From the IMG/VR virus record IMGVR_UViG_3300032247_001517, positions 1 to 62,483 of that record: DNA of 62,483 nt. One strand, 5' to 3'. Numbering within the stretch: the first letter of the stretch is position 1; each line of letters begins with the position of its first letter. Positions 12,501 through 20,319 of this stretch are shown piece by piece. The DNA comes from a virus (taxonomy: Duplodnaviria > Caudoviricetes). A program made the translations under genes and the position numbers. Below the pieces are notes generated by a model. It did no database searches, had not been told where the DNA came from, and saw only the letters and a program-made list of their open reading frames with translations.

Positions 12501-12519
12501 AACTACCATAGATATATAG
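6592..12519 (+). CDS. Long Asn/Ser/Thr/Gly-rich tail fibre-like protein (1975 aa)
   Basis: Beta-strand repeats, GALVVxGGVGIGGNLNV motifs, internal duplications, C-terminal FRTAHYLLQV...IHDGTDVY module. Confidence 0.8.
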   Translation: MTLPNNPTFDFKLSGVSGDLTFGKGGPRIASDGANLQMLNADGQPGNIIANQGAFTAVGIGTSSAYYPLDIWGNIRISNTSTSTSGIIFPDGTYQDTAAFYTPSYGNPGTIQFAGAANTFSGDSSNLTWDSVNLALNASNINVAGLITSSNISADIFSGNLLFISGNGNIVSDLTVGGNLHVDGTVTFGNLEVAQDLVVRSLTSNTFVQAGTFILANSIASNSTIQSAGIATVNQLISNANIYGANLNIAAVAQVSSLVSNTNITGATINSTGLTTVNQLISNTNITSASLNTTGIAAVNQLISNANIYGANLNVAGLAQINSLNVNTATTTASLNVGAGGAIVSSLISNTNIYGANLNIFGTARISNVYSNGFTQTAGLTTTNSLISNTNIYGANLNISGLAQVNSLNVNTATSTASLNVGAGGAIVGSLISNGAVQAAGQVTAQTMVSNTTISAGGLISGALIRSNGFVEGVTLKTSDLALVNSLQVNTSASTNTLNVITNAVVQTITSNTTIQSAGAALFQTVNSNTSVTAQGINAINGISGNTVIANVTMSTADLNVSGWGRFTNSTVSGSTGSGALVVTGGVGIGGNLNVGGQQNLFTGNVRINGNLTVLGNSVIFNTNTVTVLGPTIEVGSDSANNPPLTSNDGYDRGVLMHYFIVNDNHAFMGLQNSTGKFVYLNNVQPGVTNVINPFESVSGYVYGAAQFGDLTLSNVTISSNSANGALVVAGGAGIGGALNVGDQIATTGKGRFGQDLLANQLNSNAAISAVGTITGSSIHANNEISGTNISVTNRVSGDLIAANTSVTSAGITALNNITGNILVGNLAVVTTNVQATTLVSAQNIISNSSIVTTSLVAGGAVQVNSLNSNINVSANDMSAVNRISANILQANTAVVASNVIVSGTLQANVIIGNLSVTSPFVTASNLLTGDSIISNSNITTTNLTAGGLLTANYVVANVRVNTPNVTSVDGTFTHGVEAGYVSAWEGIQSTGLVTGRSFVSNGFITARNTITSGQSVVANFVFANVDIQANGNMSAGSIVSNGAITSGGVIIGNIIISNATIQSALGAQVGLLTSNGNIQTADSVLANYLYANLAVHSQGAVSGESIYSNTYIQATSFVEANILYGNNVIQTPGTIVGNQLFANTSVQTSGTVIAGQLSSNNFISGGNLVVRDTATVGNLIVNTNIYTSNLVVSNITRFNVATVDTSLTVGTYVQANQLIANVNVGIGTATVAYPLDVYGNIHIGNTSTISGVLFADGSFQATAAKNTPSYGYPYTIQFAGTANTFSGNSSALFWDSGNLSLVSDGANIVNNIRLGGNLQGSNTSIISGKTGTFIGGLGGFGAINAGVQNWTNYQPNTVALFVGNVNAAAQINVHNDSDGAAATTDIVATADNGNASDTYIDLGIAGSGYTQTGLVNANDGYLLVHGNTTTGGGNLILSTLTAKSIVFSTNGQSVTNQIASFNHGQGLTISSNVQSLTPLDGALIVQGGVGINGNLNISGNITSLSGNIQIITGNSATFFGDVYGFGALYAGIPAGYNYQPNTIEQLSANINDYAQLNLQNIHPGTAASGDLVVTADNGNANDTYIDLGINNSGFNQGTIDGANDGFLYVSGNAVTGGGNLVLGTLANNDIVFSQGGADPANEVARFVYGQGLSIETNINSSSTTSGSLVTNGGVGIGQDAWIGGSLNVATGATVTGQSIFTANIAGPSYVTLFNAGASGDQFGIGVSQTAGNGVANDVLNSTQTGYAPYNLSASEIHFNIPSSQQHALNILSNGNVQVALGLDVGGMLNVTSAAVFQNNITVSSNSTFNSNLTVLGSLNANIAVLGNLSVTNSLSAGYASIGSFDQINSRGFANVQILQSNGYVSGNTWVVDGNVLTSTSTFQQVVDAWPAASFRTAHYLLQVTNTVTSSYQASQIMLIHDGTDVYLTEYADLVTNGQLGAWEADISSGLVELLFTPSTNQNMAIKVVRTTIDI
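7290..7790 (+). repeat. Imperfect coding repeats (LISNxNIYGANLN) in the long fibre gene
   Basis: tcagcaatRccaacatctaYggtgctaatctcaa recurs near 7301, 7499, 7634 and 7751. Confidence 0.8.
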
Positions 12520-12557
12520 ACATATAACCTGTAATATGACGCTGCTATAATTACTGC

Positions 12558-12586
12558 TTGAAATAATCTGCGACCTGTGTTATCAT
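12558..12586 (+). promoter_or_regulatory. Putative sigma70-type promoter for the deazaguanine cluster
   Basis: TTGAAA-N17-TATCAT with TG extension, upstream of 12605. Confidence 0.45.
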
Positions 12587-12604
12587 CATAGGATAACAGG
12601 GAGT

Positions 12605-12997
12605 ATGACTATGACTGATCCACGCAAACGCATGATCTGGGTTAAGTTCCAGAAAGAAGGCATCCACAAATATCCAGCAGCATTGGAAGATCCTGCTTTA
12701 GCCACAGGTGACGAGTATGACGTCAGCTTCTTGGGCTATCCACATCGCCACATCTTCCACTTCCAAGTTTGGATCTCAGTCATGCACAATGATCGCGACA
12801 TCGAGTTCATACAATTTCAGCGTTGGTTGCAGAAGCTATACTCAGAGAAGACTCTGGAACTGAACTATCGCAGCTGCGAGATGATCAGCGAAGCACTGTA
12901 TGAACAGATTGCTGCTCGCTTTCCCGGACGCGAAGTTTGGATTGAAGTTAGCGAAGATGGTGAGAATGGGGCTATCTTGAAATGGGATGCCGCATGA
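12605..12997 (+). CDS. QueD-paralogous T-fold protein, DpdL-like (candidate CDG decarboxylase)
   Basis: EGIH...LGYPHRHIF, SCE and EVSEDGENG motifs; first gene of the dpdA cluster. Confidence 0.65.
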   Translation: MTMTDPRKRMIWVKFQKEGIHKYPAALEDPALATGDEYDVSFLGYPHRHIFHFQVWISVMHNDRDIEFIQFQRWLQKLYSEKTLELNYRSCEMISEALYEQIAARFPGREVWIEVSEDGENGAILKWDAA

Positions 12998-13551
12998 AAG
13001 ATCTGATACTGCTGGCACTGCCAGAAGAAGCACCAAACCTATCCAAGCTGTATAAGAACGTGTGCACGGTTGGTGTGGGCAAGGTCAGCAGTGCTATCAA
13101 TGCCACTTGGTTGATCACGTTGTTCAAGGCCGATCGCGTGATCAATCTGGGCACTGCTGGTTCTATCACAGCCGGCCCTGGCATCCACAGAATCAACCAA
13201 GTGGTACAGCACGATGTTAATCTACAACCTCTGGGACTGGAACCAGGGCAGCATTTCAACGATCCTCTGAGCTGGATACAACTAGGCGGAGAAGGACTTA
13301 GCTGTGCTAGCGGTGACCTATTTGTTACCGAACCGAGTAAGCTGCGCGTGCCCTGCGATATCGTGGAGATGGAAGCCTACAGCATAGCAAGGGCTGCCAA
13401 GACCGCAGGCATCGATATTGAGATCTGGAAATATATCACTGATAATGCAGATGCTGAGAGCAGCAAGACCTGGCAGGAACGGGTCGCAGAAGGTGAGCAG
13501 CATTACCTGCAGGTGCTAGAACAGCTGAACGTAACATTGGAGCCAGCATGA
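12994..13551 (+). CDS. MTA/SAH nucleosidase / purine nucleoside phosphorylase family protein
   Basis: GVGKVSSA, INLGTAGS, SGDLFV, VEMEAYSIA, KYITDNA motifs; ATGA coupling gives start 12994. Confidence 0.85.
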   Translation: MKDLILLALPEEAPNLSKLYKNVCTVGVGKVSSAINATWLITLFKADRVINLGTAGSITAGPGIHRINQVVQHDVNLQPLGLEPGQHFNDPLSWIQLGGEGLSCASGDLFVTEPSKLRVPCDIVEMEAYSIARAAKTAGIDIEIWKYITDNADAESSKTWQERVAEGEQHYLQVLEQLNVTLEPA

Positions 13552-14645
13552 CAGTCTACGTCGTACCCATAGAGCCGATTGATACTCGATACACTCGCCA
13601 ATGGTATGATCACATCCCCATCCTGCTGGATGGTGCAGATGTGGACAATGTCGTTATCATAGAAGGCGACGACGTACCAGCTACGCCAACACCGGGTGCG
13701 TTCCTGGACTTTGGTGCCACCAACATCTACAAGAGCAGCCAGCTGATGATAATCGCACAGCTGTTCCGCGAAGACAAGATCCAAGATGGTGACAAATTCC
13801 TCTACACAGACGCGTGGAACCCCACGGTGATCCAGCTGCGCTACATGGCTGAATTACTTGGCAAAAAGATTGAAATACATGGTCTTTGGCACGCTGGCAG
13901 CTATGATCCGCAAGACTTCCTCGGGCGTTTAGTCGGTGACAAACCCTGGGTACGCAACGCTGAATGCAGCATGTTCTACACCTATGACACCAACTGGTTT
14001 GCCACACGCTTCCACAGCAACTTGTTCCTAAGACAGCTGCTGGGCGTGGAGACACTGTTTGCCGAGGATGAAACAGAAGAGTTCATGGTCGGCTGTCCCG
14101 ATTCAGAGATCAACAGGCTCAAGCTCACAGGTTGGCCCATGGAATACATGCAGCCATTGTTGGCACCGTTCGACAACACTGTCAAGCGTGACAAGATCAT
14201 CTTCCCGCATCGCTTGGCACCAGAAAAGCAGCTGGAGATATTCAAGGACTTGGCCGAAGCCATGCCAGAATACGAGTGGTTCGTGGCACAGGATCAGAAA
14301 TTGACCAAGGACGAATACCATCAGCACCTGTCAGAGAGCAAGATTGCGTTCAGTGCTAATCTACAGGAGACTCTGGGTATTTCAATGTATGAGGCAGCAC
14401 TGGTCGGAACCTATCCCATGGTTCCAGATCGGCTCAGCTACTCAGAGATGTGGAGCGAATGCTATCCCAGCGAATGGACCAAGAACTGGGACAGCTATCT
14501 GGCCAACAAGGACAAGCTGGTCACACACATACGCTACCTCATGAATCGCAACAGTCTAGCCAGCCATGCAACCGCAGAAGCTGCACAGGTTGGTGCCAAG
14601 TTCTTCACCGCAACTCCCTTGATCACTGAATTAGTTCGTGCTTGA
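13548..14645 (+). CDS. GT-B fold (GT4-like) glycosyltransferase
   Basis: FPHRLAPEKQ and ETLGISMYEA (E-x7-E) motifs of the GT-B C-terminal domain. Confidence 0.8.
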   Translation: MTVYVVPIEPIDTRYTRQWYDHIPILLDGADVDNVVIIEGDDVPATPTPGAFLDFGATNIYKSSQLMIIAQLFREDKIQDGDKFLYTDAWNPTVIQLRYMAELLGKKIEIHGLWHAGSYDPQDFLGRLVGDKPWVRNAECSMFYTYDTNWFATRFHSNLFLRQLLGVETLFAEDETEEFMVGCPDSEINRLKLTGWPMEYMQPLLAPFDNTVKRDKIIFPHRLAPEKQLEIFKDLAEAMPEYEWFVAQDQKLTKDEYHQHLSESKIAFSANLQETLGISMYEAALVGTYPMVPDRLSYSEMWSECYPSEWTKNWDSYLANKDKLVTHIRYLMNRNSLASHATAEAAQVGAKFFTATPLITELVRA

Positions 14646-14670
14646 CAAGATCACCGCCATAGGCCATACT
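14642..14670 (+). promoter_or_regulatory. Putative sigma70-type promoter just before dpdA (possibly leaderless mRNA)
   Basis: TTGACA-N17-CATACT ending 5 nt before ATG 14676; no SD visible. Confidence 0.45.
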
Positions 14671-14675
14671 CATAT

Positions 14676-16334
14676 ATGAACAAAGATTTCCAGAGATTCA
14701 GTTTCGACACTGACCACCTTGCCTTCAACTCTAAGTGCAGGAACATGGCCGCTACACAGAGCGATTATGCTCTGTTTCTTCCCAGCATCAGCATGATCTA
14801 TGCCAAGATCGTCAGCATGGTGCAGTACAACATGCGCGACACAATGCCCGAGGGCTTGCCGCAAGGCCTCAAGGATCTCAACTTCCTTGATCCAGCCAAC
14901 AGCTTGTTCTACTATCCAGTGAGCCTCTACTCCGCAGGGCATGCCATACTGGATCCACAGGAAAGCTGGGTACAGGAAAGCATGGTACAGCAGCGTGATC
15001 GTGCCAACACCATATTGCTGGGCGACAGCGGCGGCTTCCAAGCTGCCACAGGCGTGCTCAAGTATCCATGGCATGCCAAACCCAAGCAGACACCAGAAGA
15101 ACATCAGAACGACAAGGATGATGTGCGCATGAAGCTGCTGCGCTGGCTTGAAGCCACGGCAGACTACAGCATGGTGTTGGATTGGCCTACCTATGCGTTG
15201 GTCAAGTATGGATTGGATCCAGTCACAGGAGCCAGCCTGCATCCCAGCTTGAAGAGCTTCAATGACTGCTTGACCGGCAGCCTGGACAACCACAACTTCT
15301 TCATCAAGAATCGCAGGGAGGGTGCCACCAAGTTCCTCAACGTCCTACAGGGACGCAACATGGAAGAAGGTGACGTGTGGTGGGAGCACACCAAGGACCT
15401 GCCCTTTGAGAGCTGGGCGTTCTCCAACGTGCAGGCATCAAACTTCACCATCAATCTGCGCCGACTGATCATCATGAGGGATGAGAATTATCTGCAGGGC
15501 CGCGAATGGCTGCACTATCTGGGCAATGGCAAGATCAAGGCAGGCTGTGCTCTGACATCGCTACAGCGTGTGCTGCGCAAGCATGTTGATCCACAGCTGA
15601 CCATCAGCTTCGACGCAGCTAGCCCGTTTGTGATGACTGCCAAGGGTCAGATGTACTATGGGCATGAACTCAGTGCAGACAATGTCAGCTTCAAGGGCGG
15701 CCCAATCGTGGACAAGAAAGAGCTGAAGAACAACCCACAGCTGCTCAACGATTGGATTGCCAATAACCTGCCCAAGAAGCTCACACCTGTGCGCAGTCGT
15801 ATAGGCGATCAGGTAAGCGTAGGTGACATCTGCGTGAGAGGTTATGACGACTTGACTCCCAAACAGATCGCGTTCACCAAGAAAGAGATTGACAGCGGCT
15901 ATTGGTCAAGCACACCAGAAGGTCGTGCCAACGATCCGTTCCGTTGGACCAAGGCCTACAAAGAATATCTCACGCACAGCCAAGACAACGGTGGATTGTT
16001 TGATCTGGGCAACGTTGATTACACAGAGCTCAGCAACAAGTATCAGGTCAAGTGGCCCAGCAGCATGGATGGTTTCAGCTATCTGCTAGCCATGAATCAC
16101 AACACAGAGCTGCACATCAACGCCATACAAGCGGCCAATCGTTGCCAGGACCTGCCCATGAGCGAGGCCAAAGAATACCTCACGCAGGATCTGTTGGAGT
16201 TCAAAGACTTGGTAGAAGACATCTTTACCAGCGAGCGTCCCATGGATCTGATCAACAAGCATGAGAAGATGCTGCAGAGCATCACAGGCATGGATGCCAA
16301 CAACGACGTTTCAATGTTAGTAGAGGACATGTGA
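14676..16334 (+). CDS. dpdA: TGT-fold DNA 7-deazaguanine transglycosylase, DpdA-like
   Basis: LGDSGGFQ, MVLDWP, NVLQG, HYLG, SFDAASP and late HN motifs of the TGT fold; clustered with folE/queD/queE. Confidence 0.8.
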   Translation: MNKDFQRFSFDTDHLAFNSKCRNMAATQSDYALFLPSISMIYAKIVSMVQYNMRDTMPEGLPQGLKDLNFLDPANSLFYYPVSLYSAGHAILDPQESWVQESMVQQRDRANTILLGDSGGFQAATGVLKYPWHAKPKQTPEEHQNDKDDVRMKLLRWLEATADYSMVLDWPTYALVKYGLDPVTGASLHPSLKSFNDCLTGSLDNHNFFIKNRREGATKFLNVLQGRNMEEGDVWWEHTKDLPFESWAFSNVQASNFTINLRRLIIMRDENYLQGREWLHYLGNGKIKAGCALTSLQRVLRKHVDPQLTISFDAASPFVMTAKGQMYYGHELSADNVSFKGGPIVDKKELKNNPQLLNDWIANNLPKKLTPVRSRIGDQVSVGDICVRGYDDLTPKQIAFTKKEIDSGYWSSTPEGRANDPFRWTKAYKEYLTHSQDNGGLFDLGNVDYTELSNKYQVKWPSSMDGFSYLLAMNHNTELHINAIQAANRCQDLPMSEAKEYLTQDLLEFKDLVEDIFTSERPMDLINKHEKMLQSITGMDANNDVSMLVEDM

Positions 16335-16858
16335 TGCAAAGAGATTATGTGGATGGCGTGAAGAACGACGTGATCTTCTTCACAGGTTATGAAGTAGAGC
16401 ACACACCGCAGCGAGGAGCTCATACCTTGTTCGTGGTAGGTCGCCAGGACGTTGATGACATTGATCAGATGGCTCAGCTCAAGGTATGCAAGCATATCTA
16501 TCTTGGTGCTAATCAAAGCTTCAAAGTGGATGGCTATGAGGATTTCCATACCTGGAAGCTCTGGGATGATCTCTGTGTGGCACTGCTGGACAGAGGTTAC
16601 TGGGTAACGCTGGACTTTGATCTCAAGCATTGGCTGGGTGTGGCCGAGATGAGTGCTATCAGCCACAATCAGTTCATTCCGCAAATCTCTGTGAAGATAC
16701 CCTATGCTGCACTGGGCAACTACAACACCTGCGTGAAGATTGATGATGTGGGATTCAAGGCCAGCAATCCAGGTGTGTGGGTGCACAGCCTACATGATCT
16801 CATGGATCGCAAGGTGTTCACGCCCTGGGCTGCCTATTCCAAGGACGAACAAGCATGA
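16331..16858 (+). CDS. Hypothetical protein translationally coupled to dpdA
   Basis: GYEVEHTP, HIYLGANQSF, KIDDVGFKASNPGVWVH look like conserved enzyme motifs; overlaps the dpdA stop. Confidence 0.75.
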   Translation: MMQRDYVDGVKNDVIFFTGYEVEHTPQRGAHTLFVVGRQDVDDIDQMAQLKVCKHIYLGANQSFKVDGYEDFHTWKLWDDLCVALLDRGYWVTLDFDLKHWLGVAEMSAISHNQFIPQISVKIPYAALGNYNTCVKIDDVGFKASNPGVWVHSLHDLMDRKVFTPWAAYSKDEQA

Positions 16859-17451
16859 ACGATGCACAGCGACTAGAAGCCATGGACAGCTACTTTGGCC
16901 GTTATCGCAAGATGATGGGCCGGCTCAAAGCCAGCGAGCAGGAGTACGAGGATAATCGCAAAGCCTACGAGCAGCGTCGCACTGAACTGCAGGAAGAACG
17001 CACTCGCATCACCCGCGAGCTGGCCAACATGAGGCAGGTCATCACCAAGATGATAGACACCGGGTTTGATCCAACCATGGCCGGTCTCAGCATGGATGAA
17101 AATGATGCTATGACCAGCACCATATGGCAACAGCGTGACGAGGAGGAAAGCTTTGGCATGCATCAAGATGACATCATGAACCGCATGGGCAAGATCTCAG
17201 CCTTGACCACAGCTGACATCAGCACCCTGAGCATGGGTCAGCTCAGCTGGCCAGGAGCCACAGGTGCAACTGGTGCTATCGGAGCTCAGAGATCAATAAC
17301 TTCTATGGGTCCAAACGGCGGTTATCAACAGGGTTACGGAGCAATACCGCCCATCAACAATCATCCGGGTGTCACGGCAGACATGCGAGGGTTTGTGGAT
17401 GGACACGGTGATTATCACAGCTACGCATGGACAGGCACAGCAGAGCTATAG
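16855..17451 (+). CDS. Hypothetical coiled-coil protein with Gly-rich tail
   Basis: ORF with ATGA overlap. Confidence 0.7.
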   Translation: MNDAQRLEAMDSYFGRYRKMMGRLKASEQEYEDNRKAYEQRRTELQEERTRITRELANMRQVITKMIDTGFDPTMAGLSMDENDAMTSTIWQQRDEEESFGMHQDDIMNRMGKISALTTADISTLSMGQLSWPGATGATGAIGAQRSITSMGPNGGYQQGYGAIPPINNHPGVTADMRGFVDGHGDYHSYAWTGTAEL

Positions 17452-17480
17452 TTGCACACACCGCCTAAATAGAGTACAAT
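17452..17480 (+). promoter_or_regulatory. Putative folE promoter (sigma70-type with nested TAAATA)
   Basis: TTGCAC-N17-TACAAT; TAAATA at 17466-17471. Confidence 0.5.
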
Positions 17481-17486
17481 AACACA

Positions 17487-17514
17487 CGCAACCCACTGCG
17501 ACAACATCGGGAGA
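17487..17514 (+). promoter_or_regulatory. Candidate compact pseudoknot in folE leader pairing with the SD
   Basis: Stem CGCA/TGCG, loop ACCCAC complementary to the GGG of GGGAG. Confidence 0.35.
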
Positions 17515-17520
17515 CAACAG

Positions 17521-18207
17521 TTGACAGTAAGTGATACAATACGCCAGCGCATCAAGGCAGCAGGTGCTAGCTTCAATGCCAACGACAACATCAGTGCCTA
17601 CATCGAACCAGGCGAGACTGATCAGCTGATTGACGAGCTCAACGCACGCTTTGATGCTGTGCTTGACAGCTTGATCATCGATCGTGAGAACGATCCCAAC
17701 AGCCACGACACTGGTCGCCGATTGGCCAAGATGTACGTGAAGGAACTCATGGTTGGTCGTTATACAGCACCGCCCAAGGCCACAGCATTCCCCAATGACA
17801 GCGCAGAACGCTACGAAGGCATGTTGGTTGTGCGCAGCGAGCTCAAGAGCGTGTGCAGCCATCATCACCAGCCAGTGAGCGGCGTGGCCTACATCGGCAT
17901 CATCGCAGCACAGAAGCTGATCGGTCTCAGCAAGTACAGTCGTATCGCACAGTGGTGCGCTCGGCGTGGCACACTGCAGGAAGAACTGTGCAACGACATT
18001 GCCAAGGAGATCATGCGGGCCACAGACAGTGAGAACGTGGGAGTTTACATCCAAGCTTCCCATGGCTGCTGCGAAAATCGGGGCCTAATGGCACATTCTA
18101 GTTTGACGCAGACCACCGTGCTACGCGGAGCATTCTTTGCGGATCAGAGCACCAAGAAAGAATTCTTTGACAACATCAAGCTGCAACAGGAATTTGCCCC
18201 TCGTTAA
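17521..18207 (+). CDS. folE: GTP cyclohydrolase I
   Basis: SVCSHH, IGLSKYSR, LQEEL, HGCCENRG motifs; TTG start with GGGAG RBS. Confidence 0.95.
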   Translation: MTVSDTIRQRIKAAGASFNANDNISAYIEPGETDQLIDELNARFDAVLDSLIIDRENDPNSHDTGRRLAKMYVKELMVGRYTAPPKATAFPNDSAERYEGMLVVRSELKSVCSHHHQPVSGVAYIGIIAAQKLIGLSKYSRIAQWCARRGTLQEELCNDIAKEIMRATDSENVGVYIQASHGCCENRGLMAHSSLTQTTVLRGAFFADQSTKKEFFDNIKLQQEFAPR

Positions 18208-18227
18208 TGGTAAAGTAAGGATATTTC

Positions 18228-18530
18228 ATGTCTGATTTATGGCAATATCGCATGCATCCATTCGTTCTAAATCATCTCAGAGATCAGTTCCTAGATGAGT
18301 GCACTGAACTTTTTGGACCCAGAGGCGAAAGATGGCAATCTGGCAGCAACTACGACTACAGTTTCAAAAATGCCGACGGTCATCGAGGCACATTTGACGT
18401 CTGTCTTCGAGACAAAGATGATGCTATCTTGTTCATGTTCACTTATCCTGACAGTGTCAGATTGTCAATGACCGACAATACAAAACTGTATAAAGAAGCC
18501 AATCCTCATTTGGAACTCTTTGAATGGTGA
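18228..18530 (+). CDS. Hypothetical protein
   Basis: AAGGA RBS, 100 aa ORF. Confidence 0.65.
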   Translation: MSDLWQYRMHPFVLNHLRDQFLDECTELFGPRGERWQSGSNYDYSFKNADGHRGTFDVCLRDKDDAILFMFTYPDSVRLSMTDNTKLYKEANPHLELFEW

Positions 18531-18548
18531 GATAAACTAAGTATGACA

Positions 18549-18611
18549 AGCGGCGCTTGGCTTCATTCCCGCTCTATAAATTCTGCAGCCTGTGGTATAA
18601 CAACATAGGAG
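18549..18611 (+). promoter_or_regulatory. Candidate riboswitch-like structured leader of queD
   Basis: Stem AGCGG/CCGCT, 15-nt loop, CTATAAA linker, loop GGCT pairing with AGCC, and competing hairpin CCTGTG/CATAGG over the SD. Confidence 0.45.
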
Positions 18612-18618
18612 CACGACC

Positions 18619-19113
18619 ATGACACCGATCACCTACAAGTACACCAGCACCAAAGAATATGTGGATGCATTTCCTTGTGCCTATCGCCAGTGGCGAGCAA
18701 ATAGCCACTGCAACATGATCCACGGCTATGCGTTTAGCATGAAGTTCTACTTCGGCACCAACGATCTGGACGTGCGCAACTGGGCAGCTGACTACGGTGG
18801 TCTCAAAGAGCTGAAGAAGATCCTAGAAGATCAGTTCGATCACACGCTGTTGGTAGCAGAAGATGATCCAGAGCTGGACACATTCAAGCTGTTACAATCC
18901 AAGAAACTGGCCAAGCTGACCATACTGCCTCGTCTCGGTTGCGAAGGCCTGGCTGACATGCTGTACAAGTACGTGAACGGCATGTACATCCCAGATCTCT
19001 GGGGCCCGGGCGAGTCAGAACGCCTGTGGTGCTATCGCGTGGAAGTGCGTGAGACGCAGGCCAACATGGCCTTCCGCGAAGGTCACAGGGAGTGGAACGA
19101 GGAGCTGATATGA
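18619..19113 (+). CDS. queD: 6-carboxytetrahydropterin synthase-like (non-canonical QueD)
   Basis: CNMIHGY, DYGGLKELK, FDHTLL, VEVRET T-fold motifs. Confidence 0.85.
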   Translation: MTPITYKYTSTKEYVDAFPCAYRQWRANSHCNMIHGYAFSMKFYFGTNDLDVRNWAADYGGLKELKKILEDQFDHTLLVAEDDPELDTFKLLQSKKLAKLTILPRLGCEGLADMLYKYVNGMYIPDLWGPGESERLWCYRVEVRETQANMAFREGHREWNEELI

Positions 19114-19505
19114 GCACGGAAACTGATTTCCGCAACATGATAGCTGTGTTTGATCATGCACTTAACAGTGAAGATCCGCAGGTCAAGCAAGCACTAAACA
19201 CGCTGGTGATGATGGTGGCACTGACTCGCGACCCAGACGGTGACACAGATGGGCCCTTCAAGCACATGTGGCACAGCTTTGAAGACAGCCGAGAAGAGGT
19301 ACGAGAACTGAAGCGCATGGTAGACAGTCTCATGCAAGAAGTGGACATGCTCAAGGTCCATCGAATGGATCCAACACAAGATAGTAACTTCAAGCGTTGG
19401 AATCAACTCAGAGGCACTAGCGTGGACCAAATCTGGATAGACGAGACCAGCATAGTGCCTGGTGCTGCATGGGAAAACTTTATCAAGAAAAAGGTGACCA
19501 AATGA
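19110..19505 (+). CDS. Hypothetical protein
   Basis: ATGA overlap with queD stop. Confidence 0.7.
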   Translation: MSTETDFRNMIAVFDHALNSEDPQVKQALNTLVMMVALTRDPDGDTDGPFKHMWHSFEDSREEVRELKRMVDSLMQEVDMLKVHRMDPTQDSNFKRWNQLRGTSVDQIWIDETSIVPGAAWENFIKKKVTK

Positions 19506-19795
19506 AATGGTTTGATAGATGGTTCCAACGGCAAGCCAAGAAAGCCTGGGACAATTACGACGATAATCCCAGGCTGATCTCTTCAGCCAATGGACCTAAT
19601 GTCTCAAATGATCTTGATACCCGCAGAGCCGCTACCATACGCATACACTCTGCTCACGGAGGCAAGGTCATTGAAATCAGCAGCTGGGACGACCGCAAGG
19701 GCGAACATGACAGAGATCTCTACATCGTGCGTGATGATGCCGAGCTGGGTCCAGAACTGACCAGCATCATCATGCAGCACAGCCTGAGGTACTGA
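19502..19795 (+). CDS. Hypothetical protein
   Basis: ATGA overlap, AAGGT RBS. Confidence 0.7.
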   Translation: MKWFDRWFQRQAKKAWDNYDDNPRLISSANGPNVSNDLDTRRAATIRIHSAHGGKVIEISSWDDRKGEHDRDLYIVRDDAELGPELTSIIMQHSLRY

Positions 19796-20319
19796 TGCCA
19801 ACTACAGTCACACTGCCCACAACTGCTGCGATCACCAATGGTGGGTTTGGCATTGGCACCTATACTGGGACTGGCACCATACACACCATCTCACATAGTG
19901 GCACAGGCTATGGCAATAACACTGCCATCACTCTCACAGGTGGAGGTGGAGGTGGAGGTACCTATCTCACCACCAACACCACAGGCGGCACCAGCTGGCA
20001 ACAGCAGGGGCGCGAGGTCATGCGCATCAGTGCCGATGGTGATATCTTCCAAGGTGGCAGCACCAACGCAGACGATGGCCTGTTCGCACGCCTTGAACGC
20101 TTGGAACGGCTCATGGGCATCATGCACCGCGATCGCAGCTTGGAACATGATTACGAACCCATGCGCCAGCTAGGCGACGCGTATGATGACGCAGTTGATG
20201 CTGCCATCTCTGAGATCATGGCTGTCACGCTAGGTAAGCTGCAGCACATGGAACAAGAATACGAAAGCATGCGCGAACAGGCCAAGGTATGGCGAGCATT
20301 GAGCAAAGACGACGACTGA
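19795..20319 (+). CDS. Hypothetical protein, Gly/Thr-rich N-terminus and helical C-terminus
   Basis: TGATG overlap; poly-Gly tract. Confidence 0.7.
   Translation: MPTTVTLPTTAAITNGGFGIGTYTGTGTIHTISHSGTGYGNNTAITLTGGGGGGGTYLTTNTTGGTSWQQQGREVMRISADGDIFQGGSTNADDGLFARLERLERLMGIMHRDRSLEHDYEPMRQLGDAYDDAVDAAISEIMAVTLGKLQHMEQEYESMREQAKVWRALSKDDD

Noticed and set aside
6903-12509. Many long antisense ORFs across the fibre gene and elsewhere
   Set aside because: Shadow frames of biased-codon genes, without RBS or motifs
14676-16334. Canonical tRNA-guanine transglycosylase (tgt) for queuosine
   Set aside because: Lacks the CxCxxC zinc site, is longer and divergent, and sits in a phage dpd-type context without queA/queF
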